A stretch of 64,000 nucleotides of DNA from Kiritimatiellia bacterium (GTDB lineage Bacteria; Verrucomicrobiota; Kiritimatiellia; RFP12; UBA1067), in the NCBI GenBank assembly GCA_045537795.1, contig JAZSQE010000016.1, positions 16,968 through 80,967 on the forward strand, written 5' to 3'. Positions 8,576 through 18,052 of the stretch are shown in pieces. The notes beneath the pieces were generated by a model. The model had not been told where the DNA came from and did not search any database. It was given only the letters and a program-made list of their open reading frames with translations. Position 1 is the first letter of the stretch; every line of letters begins with the position of its first letter. Position numbers and translations under genes: made by a program.

Positions 8576-10863
8576 TGTTCGCGTGGGTTCTGGCCGCGGC
8601 CGCTCCAATCGTTACGACGCTTTCCGGAGAATGGTCTTTTTCGCGCGGGACAAATGCGTGGGCAGACGTTCGCGTGCCGCACGACTGGGCGATAGAAGGC
8701 CCTTTCGAGCCCGAGAAAAAGGGGTGGCAGGGAAAACTGCCGTGGAAGGGCGAAGGGCGTTATAAAAGGACGTTTTCTCTCTCTGCGGCGCAGAGAAAAC
8801 TCCTTTCCTCGGGAGGTCGGGCCTATCTTGAGTTCGACGGGGTAATGGCTTCGCCGCGCGTGCGGCTGAACGGCAAGGATTTCGGTGGAGTCGATTACGG
8901 CTATATGAGTTTCTGTCTCGACGTGACGGGCTCGATAAAGTCTGAGGGAAATGTTCTCGAAGTTTCTTGTTCCACGAAGCGGCATTCGTCTCGGTGGTAT
9001 CCCGGGGCGGGGATTTACCGTGACGTGCGGCTGAAGGTTTCTCCCCGCGATCATGTTCTTCCCGGAACAATGCGCATCGTCACCGATGTAGCGCCAGACT
9101 CTCTTTCGGCCGAAGTCTCCGTCAGTTACGTCTCGTCGTCGTCCGGGCCGCAAAAGCGTTCTTTTCAAGTCCGCTCGCCGCGTCTCTGGAGCATTGAAGA
9201 TCCTTTTTTGTACACGCTTGAGGCCGAGGGAGAGTCGTTTCGTTACGGAATACGCTTTTTTAAATTCGATCCAGAGAAGGGGTTCTTTCTCAACGGCAGG
9301 CGCGTGCAACTCAAAGGAGTGAATCTTCATTCCGACCTTGGGCCTCTTGGGATGGCGTACGACCATGACGCGATGATGCGCCAGCTACTCATAATGAAGG
9401 ACATGGGTGTGAACGCGCTACGAACTTCACACAACTGTCCCTGTCCAGATGTGCTCGACCTTTGCGATAAAATGGGCGTTTTCGTCTGGAATGAATGCTT
9501 CGATAATTGGTCGGCGGGCGCGACTGGTCGCGGGGATTCTCCGCTCGAACCGTATGTAGAGTCCAATCTGCGCATGTTCGTGCGCCGCGACCGTAACCAC
9601 CCCTCGGTTTTCGTATGGTCGATCGGCAATGAGCTTCCCGGATGGAGCGACAAAGACGCTTGGCACAGATGCGGAATGAGGCGTGACCGGTTTGAACGAT
9701 TCGCCGCCGCGATAAAAGAGGAGGATGCCACACGTCCCGTTGGAATAGGATGTTGTCATCTCGACACGCTCGAAAACCTCCCAGGACTGTACGAGCCCTT
9801 GGATATCGTCGGATGGAACTACGCCGAAAAATACGTTCCTTTCAGGAAGAAGTATCCCGGCAAGAACGTCCTCTATACCGAGAGCGCGAGCGCGCTTTCG
9901 GAATACGGGTATTACGAATTTCCAGTCGCCACCCACAAAGAGGGATACAGCAGGGATGTGCTTCGCGTAGGGTCGTACGACCATTGCGCCGCGCCGTGGA
10001 GCGACATTCCCGATCATGAATTCGCCAGAATGGAACGCGACGGATATTGCGGCGGCGAATTCGTCTGGACAGGTATAGATTATCTCGGAGAGCCAACTCC
10101 AATCGCTAACGGCGCGAATTTCGGGATATCCACGAACGAGCACGTCCTCGCGAGAAGTTCCTATTTCGGCGCGGTGGATCTTTGTGGATTTCCCAAAGAC
10201 CGCTTTTATCTTTACCGTTCTCTTTGGAATGAGAAATCGGAGACGGTGCACATAGTTCCATGTCACTGGAATTTCGAAGGCGCCGCGCATGCCAGGCCTG
10301 TTTACGTATATACTTCCGGCGACAGCGCGGAAATCTTTCTTGACGGGCGCTCCCTTGGCGTGCGCCGAAAATCTGATCCGCCGCAACGATTCGGCGGATG
10401 CACGAACGGCTATTACGACGTGTGTTCGCGATATCGTCTGAGATGGTTTGACGTGCCTTACTCTCCCGGCGAGTTGAAAGCGGTCGCTCGGCGCGGCGGA
10501 AAAATCATCGCCACGGCGTCGTTGAAGACGGCTGGACGGCCTGTGCGCCTGAGGATGGTCGACGATCCGTACAATCCGCCCGGAGCGCGCACTCGCTTTA
10601 TTCGCGTCGATGTCGCGGATGATGCCGGGGTGCATTGTCCGCATGTGTCAAAGAGAGTGTCGTTCTCCGTTTCGGGTCCGTGTGAGATCGTTTCGCTTGC
10701 CAACGCGAATCCCAAGGGATACGATTCGTTCAAAAACGTAAAATCGCATCCCCTCCATTGCGGACGTTGTTTTGCCGTCGTACGCCGAACGGGACCTGGG
10801 CGGGCCGTGCTTTGCGCTTCTTCCGACGGTCTTGCGCCGGCGGAAATCGAAATTCAAAGATAA
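8569..10863 (+). CDS. Glycoside hydrolase family 2 (beta-galactosidase-like)
   Basis: VPHDWAI, SRWYPGAGIYRDV, LKGVNLHSDLGPLG, RTSHN, RDRNHPSVFVWSIGNE, GEFVWTGIDYLGEPTP. Confidence 0.95.
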   Translation: MVMFAWVLAAAAPIVTTLSGEWSFSRGTNAWADVRVPHDWAIEGPFEPEKKGWQGKLPWKGEGRYKRTFSLSAAQRKLLSSGGRAYLEFDGVMASPRVRLNGKDFGGVDYGYMSFCLDVTGSIKSEGNVLEVSCSTKRHSSRWYPGAGIYRDVRLKVSPRDHVLPGTMRIVTDVAPDSLSAEVSVSYVSSSSGPQKRSFQVRSPRLWSIEDPFLYTLEAEGESFRYGIRFFKFDPEKGFFLNGRRVQLKGVNLHSDLGPLGMAYDHDAMMRQLLIMKDMGVNALRTSHNCPCPDVLDLCDKMGVFVWNECFDNWSAGATGRGDSPLEPYVESNLRMFVRRDRNHPSVFVWSIGNELPGWSDKDAWHRCGMRRDRFERFAAAIKEEDATRPVGIGCCHLDTLENLPGLYEPLDIVGWNYAEKYVPFRKKYPGKNVLYTESASALSEYGYYEFPVATHKEGYSRDVLRVGSYDHCAAPWSDIPDHEFARMERDGYCGGEFVWTGIDYLGEPTPIANGANFGISTNEHVLARSSYFGAVDLCGFPKDRFYLYRSLWNEKSETVHIVPCHWNFEGAAHARPVYVYTSGDSAEIFLDGRSLGVRRKSDPPQRFGGCTNGYYDVCSRYRLRWFDVPYSPGELKAVARRGGKIIATASLKTAGRPVRLRMVDDPYNPPGARTRFIRVDVADDAGVHCPHVSKRVSFSVSGPCEIVSLANANPKGYDSFKNVKSHPLHCGRCFAVVRRTGPGRAVLCASSDGLAPAEIEIQR

Positions 10864-10878
10864 ACAGGGATTAAGTCC

Positions 10879-13800
10879 ATGAAGAAAATGATTGCAGTTC
10901 TGTCGATTGCCGCCGTTTCGGCATGTTCCGTTTTCGAAGCGTTTGCCGAGGAGCCGGCGGTGAAGGGGAAGTGGTGGACGATGAACACGACGAACACTAT
11001 CGGCGGCGTCCACAGGTTGAGGGAGTTTTCCGCCGGAAGGTTCGACGTGTGGGGGCGCCGGGGAAAAGCCCATCTTAAATTTGCGCAGACGGACATCCTT
11101 CGTCGGGTCGACCGCGATATGTGGACGCAGGAGATGTTTGTGTTTTCCTGCAGATCGGCGACGGGGCGTCTGATTCGCGTCACGCCTCTTGTGGAGGTGT
11201 CCTGCGGAAAATCCAACAGGCTGTACCGTGCAGAGAAGATAATTTGGCGCGGCAACCAGTGGCGTAATTTCAGTTTTCCGCTCAACAAGCTTTTCCCGCT
11301 CGGGGACACCGGCGTGAAGGTGACGCGCATGGGATTTACGATCGACGTAGAAAACTGGAACCCGGGCGAGAGAGGATGGGTGGAACTCAAGAACATCCGC
11401 ATCTGCAAGGAGGGAGAGGTTTCGTTTTCCGGCAATGTCGCGGAGGATTTCATAAAGGTCGTTTCGTCGCGTCCACCGCATCGCTTTACAGCGCGTCCCG
11501 GGGCGCTTAAAGTCTTTTTTGCTTTCGACAACGAGGATCTTGTCGATTCCGTGCACGAACGCTCCGGCCGCCGAGATCCCCAGCAGGACGGAGGTTTCCG
11601 CGAGCGTCTACTCGAGCATCTCGACGGAACCATCGCGTGGACGCAAAGACTCGAAGATGCCGATGCGATAGTCTATTCGCGCGCCCGTGCGGATCCTTCC
11701 CTCGCCACGAATATCGTGCGTGCCGTACGAGAAAGAGGCATTCCGCTTTACGCCGCGAGTATTGTCGCAGACCCTGAGATCCGGGCGATATTGCCTTGTT
11801 CTCTCGAGAAGCGCGACCCCGCAGGATTTGCTCCGCGTCGCCGCATCGTCGCGGCAGAGAAGAGCGGTCTTTCCGAGGGGCTTTCGACGGCGACATTTGG
11901 CGTATACCGCTCGTGCACGGCGGCGAAAGATGCAAACGTGCTGCTTTCGTTCGATGACGGCACTCCGGCGCTTCTTGAAGGGCGCTGCGGGAAAGGGCGC
12001 GTCATCTACCAGATGACGGCCATCGGACAGACCTTGCTTCCCGGTAAAAAAGCGTATGACGCGTTTTTCGCCCGTGTCATCGGGCGCATATCCGGGCGAA
12101 TGATACCGGAGGCGCCTTGCAGCGAAAGCGCGTTTGCGTTAGGAGATGGATGGTTTCGGGGTATTGGAGCGGGGACGTTCGGGCGTTTCGGATGGGAGAT
12201 AGGCTCTGGACTTCTTGTGGAGCGCCTCGGGAATACCTTCAGGGTTTCGCATGGCGACAGCGAATATTCATTCCGTTCGCATGCGGACAGAACGGCGTTG
12301 AAACGGGAAATGACTTTTGACGGCGACAGTGTTTCACCTCTCAGTTTCGGCGGAAAAATCGCCGTCAACGGACGCAGCTTCGCGCGTTTCGACGGTTCGC
12401 TGGCATTCCCCGGGACCAGATGGGAAATATATGAAGAGCATATCGACATGGATGTGTCCGGGCCATTGAAGAAGATCGCCGTGCCGACCGTTTCAGGAGT
12501 AGTGGTTGTGGATGCGCTCGAAGGAAAACTTCCGCATCCCTCGCAGTGGAGCGAACCGTGGCTTCTCATGTTCGACGGGACGGAAAAAACGGCTCCTCTG
12601 GCGGTCATTATGTCGAAACGCCCCGATTCCGCTGGAATTATCGTCGAAGATGGTGCGCCGGCGGCCGTTTCGTTTAGACGCAAAGGCGGTGCAGGGACTT
12701 TCGTCACTCTATGGCCCTACGGCGCCGCAACCGTTGATACGTCAGGTTGGGCCGTTCAAGGCGTTTCTTCAGAGGCGCTCGGGCGCATCCGTTTCTGGTG
12801 TCCGCGCGCGTTCTCCTATCCTTACGCGCTCGACGAGAAATTCCGCGTCTCTTCCGACGGAAAGCGTTTCGAGATCGTCGATACGTTTCGCTACCGCAGA
12901 ACGCCGAACGACTGGAATATTGTTCCCGAAGCGTACGCGAGCGTGCCGCCGCTTGCCCGTCTTATGTCCGATATGTTTTTCACGCGGGATCGCGTGGAAC
13001 CGCGTTTTGCCACGAAATTCGGGGATTTCGCAGATGTCGCCGGCAGAGAGTCTGTGACTTGGTCTCTTCCCGTCCCCAGACCCGATCTTTCGCTGCTGCC
13101 GCGTACGCTCGCGTTCGAAAAATACCGGGCGATGGCCGACACCCAGTTCAGGCATGCGGTAAAGTATTCGTGCGGCGGGCGCACTCCGCTCGACGGACGC
13201 ACTCTGGCGTTTCCGCGCGGCCGTCACAAACCGACATCGTACAATCTCGATATGCATACGATGCTCCTCGGTATGTGTCGCTGTCTGCCCAATCCGTATT
13301 CCTACGATGCCGAAAACCGCAAGTCGATGTACCGGCGCGCGAGACTTCGGGAAATGGAGCCGCTCGAGGTCGCGCCGTACAAAATGGCCGTCAGATACAG
13401 ACGCGAGCCTTTTACCGGGTATCCCTACACGATTTACATGCATTCGTGGAGAAACATTATAACTTCGTTCGATCCGCCGAATCTTGGCTCTACTACTATG
13501 TATGGAGATTCCAACGAAACGGTGCGCATGATTCTGGCTACGATGCAGATGTGTGCGGATCGCCACGGACAGCGGGACGCGGTCGTAGCGAACTGGGAGA
13601 CTTTGAGGCGGCTCGTTCCGTCTTACACCTTCGCTCTCGACGACTGGCTCGTAATGTGCGCAGGATGCATAGAAGACTGGGCCGTTTCGGGGATCGACAT
13701 GCTCAATACGGAATACGGAACGATGTGTTCGCTCGCGCGTCTTGCAGAAATCGCCGGAGACAAAGATCTTGAGACCGTCGCGCTATATATGGCCGCACGC

Positions 13801-14436
13801 CGCGCCGTACCCACCCTCGCCCGTTTTCGCCTTCCTGCGTATTTCTTGTCGCGGGGTTTTGTAAAGAATCGCGAACACTTCGCTTATTCCGACGGATTCG
13901 GAGAAACCGGACCGTCCATGCATCAGTGCCGTCCGGGCCGCAGGGTCTGTGAAGTCGATCTTTACGACATGTCGCAGGGGATTCCTCAGGATCTCATATC
14001 GCTTTACGACAGGTACGCGAAGCATGCCATCCGCGACAATTACATACCCGTCGTGCGTGCCGCGACGCGCAAGGAAGGTTTCAACTATATCATGTGCGCC
14101 ATTCTCGCGCTCGGAGGGGACGTCCCCGAAGCTGAAATGATAGAAAAGATGGAGATGGTCGCCGCCGATGCCGGATTCGAACGCTTCCTCCGTTCGGACT
14201 GGCCGGGAATGGATACGGGCAGTTTTCTCGAATTCGTTTTCGCCAAGTACCGTTCGACGCCGCGCATCACCGACTGCCGAGACATGGATCTTCACGACGC
14301 CTGGTACGATCCGGCGAGCGGCATGTTCGGATTCGAGGCGACGGCCGGAGAGTGCGGGGTTCTTGAAATCGGCGGAAAACGGGTGGAAGGTCTCGTTCCG
14401 GGAGTGCGGGTCAGAAAGGAGTTCAAGGTAAAATGA
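10879..14436 (+). CDS. Large secreted hypothetical protein, paralog A (CBM-like + GATase-like + helical C-terminal domain)
   Basis: 1185-aa ORF with a signal peptide, colinear with the next ORF (FAFDNED, YGDSNETVRMI, DMLN.E, DMSQG.PQDL). Confidence 0.85.
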   Translation: MKKMIAVLSIAAVSACSVFEAFAEEPAVKGKWWTMNTTNTIGGVHRLREFSAGRFDVWGRRGKAHLKFAQTDILRRVDRDMWTQEMFVFSCRSATGRLIRVTPLVEVSCGKSNRLYRAEKIIWRGNQWRNFSFPLNKLFPLGDTGVKVTRMGFTIDVENWNPGERGWVELKNIRICKEGEVSFSGNVAEDFIKVVSSRPPHRFTARPGALKVFFAFDNEDLVDSVHERSGRRDPQQDGGFRERLLEHLDGTIAWTQRLEDADAIVYSRARADPSLATNIVRAVRERGIPLYAASIVADPEIRAILPCSLEKRDPAGFAPRRRIVAAEKSGLSEGLSTATFGVYRSCTAAKDANVLLSFDDGTPALLEGRCGKGRVIYQMTAIGQTLLPGKKAYDAFFARVIGRISGRMIPEAPCSESAFALGDGWFRGIGAGTFGRFGWEIGSGLLVERLGNTFRVSHGDSEYSFRSHADRTALKREMTFDGDSVSPLSFGGKIAVNGRSFARFDGSLAFPGTRWEIYEEHIDMDVSGPLKKIAVPTVSGVVVVDALEGKLPHPSQWSEPWLLMFDGTEKTAPLAVIMSKRPDSAGIIVEDGAPAAVSFRRKGGAGTFVTLWPYGAATVDTSGWAVQGVSSEALGRIRFWCPRAFSYPYALDEKFRVSSDGKRFEIVDTFRYRRTPNDWNIVPEAYASVPPLARLMSDMFFTRDRVEPRFATKFGDFADVAGRESVTWSLPVPRPDLSLLPRTLAFEKYRAMADTQFRHAVKYSCGGRTPLDGRTLAFPRGRHKPTSYNLDMHTMLLGMCRCLPNPYSYDAENRKSMYRRARLREMEPLEVAPYKMAVRYRREPFTGYPYTIYMHSWRNIITSFDPPNLGSTTMYGDSNETVRMILATMQMCADRHGQRDAVVANWETLRRLVPSYTFALDDWLVMCAGCIEDWAVSGIDMLNTEYGTMCSLARLAEIAGDKDLETVALYMAARRAVPTLARFRLPAYFLSRGFVKNREHFAYSDGFGETGPSMHQCRPGRRVCEVDLYDMSQGIPQDLISLYDRYAKHAIRDNYIPVVRAATRKEGFNYIMCAILALGGDVPEAEMIEKMEMVAADAGFERFLRSDWPGMDTGSFLEFVFAKYRSTPRITDCRDMDLHDAWYDPASGMFGFEATAGECGVLEIGGKRVEGLVPGVRVRKEFKVK

Positions 14437-17400
14437 AAAAGATGTTTTTCGTTTGCGTCGCGTGCGTTTTCGCGATTGAAACCGTCGCGGCCGGGTTCTG
14501 GCAGCCGTTCCGTCTCAACGGCGGCGGTGCGGATATGCACGTCGAGTCCGTCGATCGCGAATCGTTTTTCATCCGGGGAAAACGGACCGATAAGAAAGTC
14601 GCCAACCCGGGCTGCATCGCGATCGGTACGCTTAATCAGGAGACGTGGACCAATACGCGTCTGGCGATGAGCGTCCGAAGCGAAAATGGCCGCAAAGTCG
14701 CCGTGACGGTCTCCCTGTCGTTCAGACGCGGCAAGGAGGCGTTCACGAAAAGTATGAAATCGTTCACCGTTTCCGGCAAAGGCTGGCGGGAGTTGTCGTG
14801 GTCGCTCGACAACGATTTCGCGCTCGGAGACGGTTCGATCAAGGTTTTCCAGGCGAAGGTCATCGCGTGGATGGGATCGTGGGCAAGCGGCGAAGAAGGT
14901 GGTATCGAGGTCAGGAATTTCCGCATCGCGCAATCTTCCGATGCTGTGCGTTCGTCAAGATGGATAAAAGGCGACCGCTTCGTCAACGTTCCGGCGGAGA
15001 AAAAGTCGCCTCCGGCGCGTTCGCCAGACGCACTTGCTGTCTATTTCGCTTTCGACAACGAAGATGTCGTCCCGCATCCCATAAAAGGATGGAAGGGCGA
15101 GGTCGATCCGCCCCAGTTCGGCGGGTTTCGGGAAATCATGCTGGAGCACACCGATGCGAAGGCGTATGTCGAAACGGATCTTTCGCGTGCCGACGTAATC
15201 GTCTATTCCCGTTGTCGGCCCGATTCTGCACTCGCTTCGAACATCGTCGCCGCAGTACGGGAGCGCGGAGTGCCGCTGTACGCGGCGGGAGAAGTGCGTG
15301 ATCCCGAGATCGACGCGATTCTGCCCTGCGAAATTGGCCGCGAGGAGCTGGAGGATTTGCCGCGGCGCGAGCGGATTGTTCCGGGTAAAGGGTGGCTGTC
15401 GGGGTTGAGCGACGCCGCTTTCGGCATCTACCGCACGATCCGCGCGAAGGACGGCGCGAAAACGTTGCTGTCGTTCGCGGACGGCACGCCGGCTCTCGTC
15501 GCCGGTCGTTGCGGGAAGGGCGTTGTGATGTACAATATGCTTACGATTGGTTCATCGCTCGTTCCGGGGAAGGAGTCTCCCGACGCGTTTTTCATCCGTG
15601 CGATCGGATGGCTATCCCGCCGGAATCTTCCGGAACGCGAGCGCGCTATGCAAAAGCCGGATGCGGAAGGCTGGTACGAAGGTGTCGGTGAAGGCGCCAT
15701 AGGACATTTCGGCTGGAACCGAGGCAGCGAATTACCTGTAGAAAACCTGTCTTCTCGTTTTGTTGTTTCGAAAGGCGAATCGTGGTACGAAATGCACGTT
15801 CCCCGTGAAAAGCCCGATGTTCCCCGCAAGATGACTTTCGTGTGCCGCAATATAGATCAGATGGCATTCGGAGGCGATGTTTCCGTCGAAGGTGAAAAAG
15901 CCTACCGCATTGACGCATCCCTCGCGTATCCCGGCATAAGATGGGATATTTATCGCGGAACGATCGAAGTGTTCATGCGCAACCAGTTCAGCTTTGTGGC
16001 TGTTCCCGGACGAGACGGGATAAGAATCTCTGATTTTACGACGGCGGCGGCCAAAGATATCGCGGTTTCGGATATGTCTGCTCCGTGGATTCTTGTCTAT
16101 AACGGGGATTTTCGTGATTCGCCGCTGTTGCTTGTTTTGCAGAAGAGGCCTGCGAAAGTCGAAGTGATGCGCTCGGGCGTATCTCTTGAAGGACTGCGAA
16201 TTAAGGCTGCCGATCGTAGCGTTGGAGTCGTTGTGCCTACACGAATACACGGTTCCGCGTTCGTTGATACGACGAAATGGACGCGCGAGATTCCTTCGGC
16301 GACGCTCGGACGTATCCGTGAATGGGTGCCGCGCGCGTTCGCATATCCGATTGCTTCGCGCGAAAAGTTCAAAATCGACGAAAAGGCGAAACGCGTAAGA
16401 ATTCGTGATGAATTCTCGTTTCTCTTCTGCCGGGACGATTGGGGAACTCGGCCGCAAAAGTACGCGGCGCTTCCTCCCGTGGCGACGCTTCTTGCAGGGC
16501 GCGGAACGGAACGGGGTGATGTCATCGTTGAAGTAGGCGAGGGTGCGGAAGATTCGCGTCTTGTGACGCGAGCTGGCAATCTCTGGATTCGTCCCGACTC
16601 TTCGATCGTAGAATGGTCAACGCCGCTTTTCAAGCCGGATTTGTCGTTTCTTCCGCATGTCGTTGGAGAGGCGAAAGTGGATGCCGCCGCGAACAAGGAT
16701 TTTTCGCAGGGCGTGAAATATTCGAGCGGAGCGACGCCGATGAACCACAAGGGACAGAAATTCGGGCGTCTGAGAAAAGGAACCTCCACCCATCTCAACA
16801 TGCACGGCATTCTTCTCGGCATGGGCCGCTGCACGCCGAACCCTTACATCTATTCGGAGGAGAACCGCCGGCTGCTGCGACGTCGATTGGCTTGGCGGCT
16901 TCTCGAACCGCTCGAGGTTCTTCAGTACAAAATGGCGGTCGCCTGGCGGCAGGAGCCGTTTTCCGGCTCGCGCTATACCATCTACATGGATTCGCCGCGC
17001 CGCATGGCCAACGAATTCGAGCCTCAGGAATACGGATCGAAGACGATCTACGGCGATTCGAACGAGACCGTGCGCATGATCGCGCACGCGCTGCAGATTG
17101 CCGCCGACCGTTTCGGGCAAAGCGGCCTGATCAAGGCCAACTGGGACGCGATTTCGCGGCACGTCGCCAGTTACGAACTGTTTATCGACGATTGGGGGAT
17201 TCTCGCCAGCGGCTGTCTGGAGCTTGGCGGAAGCGGATCGGTCGATATGCTGAACGGCGAGTTTTCCTGCTGGATGTCGTTTGCACGTCTTGCTGAAATC
17301 GCGGGCGACGAGCCTTTCCGCGCGCAGGCGCTTTACCGTGCGGCGCGACGCATGTGTCCTACTCTCGCGCGTCAGAGGGCGCTTGCGTACTTTAAGGAAA

Positions 17401-17975
17401 ACGCTCTTGCAGAGAACATCGATATGCTGAGGATGTCTGTCGGCTTCGGCGAGGGTGGAGCCGTTTTCCAGCGCAAGACGACACGTATTCTTGATATCGA
17501 TCTTTTCGATATGTCGCAGGGTACCCCGCAGGATTTGGTTTCGCTATACAAGTGGTATGGCTGGGGCGAGATGCGCCGCGACTATTTTCCGTATGTCGCG
17601 GAGAAAACGCCGGCGAACGGCCTGAATTACCTGACGCTTTCTTTCCTGTCGATGGGGTCCGATCTGCCGGATGCCGAAATCCGCTCCCGTCTCGATGCGC
17701 TTGTGGCTCGGACGCTCGAGCGAAAAAAAGAGTGGCGCGACTGGCCGGCGATGGATTCGGGAAGTTTCATCGAATGGACGCTTCACAGGCTCTACCGCTC
17801 GCCGTATGTGACGGATTGCCGCGACGCGTTCGTGCACGACGCCGTGTACGACCCGAAGACGAAGACGGTGACTCTCGATGTCACGCCGGGCGAGCGCTGC
17901 CGGATCGCCGTCGCCGGAAGGGATGTCCCTCTGCGGCCGTCTGTCCGGCAGAGCGTCACGGTGGCGGTGCCGTAG
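14433..17975 (+). CDS. Large secreted hypothetical protein, paralog B
   Basis: 1180-aa ORF with a signal peptide and an ATGA-like overlap with paralog A (4 bp); same motif order. Confidence 0.85.
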   Translation: MKKMFFVCVACVFAIETVAAGFWQPFRLNGGGADMHVESVDRESFFIRGKRTDKKVANPGCIAIGTLNQETWTNTRLAMSVRSENGRKVAVTVSLSFRRGKEAFTKSMKSFTVSGKGWRELSWSLDNDFALGDGSIKVFQAKVIAWMGSWASGEEGGIEVRNFRIAQSSDAVRSSRWIKGDRFVNVPAEKKSPPARSPDALAVYFAFDNEDVVPHPIKGWKGEVDPPQFGGFREIMLEHTDAKAYVETDLSRADVIVYSRCRPDSALASNIVAAVRERGVPLYAAGEVRDPEIDAILPCEIGREELEDLPRRERIVPGKGWLSGLSDAAFGIYRTIRAKDGAKTLLSFADGTPALVAGRCGKGVVMYNMLTIGSSLVPGKESPDAFFIRAIGWLSRRNLPERERAMQKPDAEGWYEGVGEGAIGHFGWNRGSELPVENLSSRFVVSKGESWYEMHVPREKPDVPRKMTFVCRNIDQMAFGGDVSVEGEKAYRIDASLAYPGIRWDIYRGTIEVFMRNQFSFVAVPGRDGIRISDFTTAAAKDIAVSDMSAPWILVYNGDFRDSPLLLVLQKRPAKVEVMRSGVSLEGLRIKAADRSVGVVVPTRIHGSAFVDTTKWTREIPSATLGRIREWVPRAFAYPIASREKFKIDEKAKRVRIRDEFSFLFCRDDWGTRPQKYAALPPVATLLAGRGTERGDVIVEVGEGAEDSRLVTRAGNLWIRPDSSIVEWSTPLFKPDLSFLPHVVGEAKVDAAANKDFSQGVKYSSGATPMNHKGQKFGRLRKGTSTHLNMHGILLGMGRCTPNPYIYSEENRRLLRRRLAWRLLEPLEVLQYKMAVAWRQEPFSGSRYTIYMDSPRRMANEFEPQEYGSKTIYGDSNETVRMIAHALQIAADRFGQSGLIKANWDAISRHVASYELFIDDWGILASGCLELGGSGSVDMLNGEFSCWMSFARLAEIAGDEPFRAQALYRAARRMCPTLARQRALAYFKENALAENIDMLRMSVGFGEGGAVFQRKTTRILDIDLFDMSQGTPQDLVSLYKWYGWGEMRRDYFPYVAEKTPANGLNYLTLSFLSMGSDLPDAEIRSRLDALVARTLERKKEWRDWPAMDSGSFIEWTLHRLYRSPYVTDCRDAFVHDAVYDPKTKTVTLDVTPGERCRIAVAGRDVPLRPSVRQSVTVAVP

Positions 17976-17991
17976 AAAGTTGACATGTCAA
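17976..17991. promoter_or_regulatory. Putative operator AAAGTTGACATGTCAA, copy 2
   Basis: Identical to 7192-7207; followed by the extended -10 TGGTAAAAT at 18014-18022. Confidence 0.7.
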
Positions 17992-18052
17992 TTCGCTCGG
18001 GAACTTGTTTTGATGGTAAAATAAAGAAAGCAAATTGCAAATAAGGAGTTCT

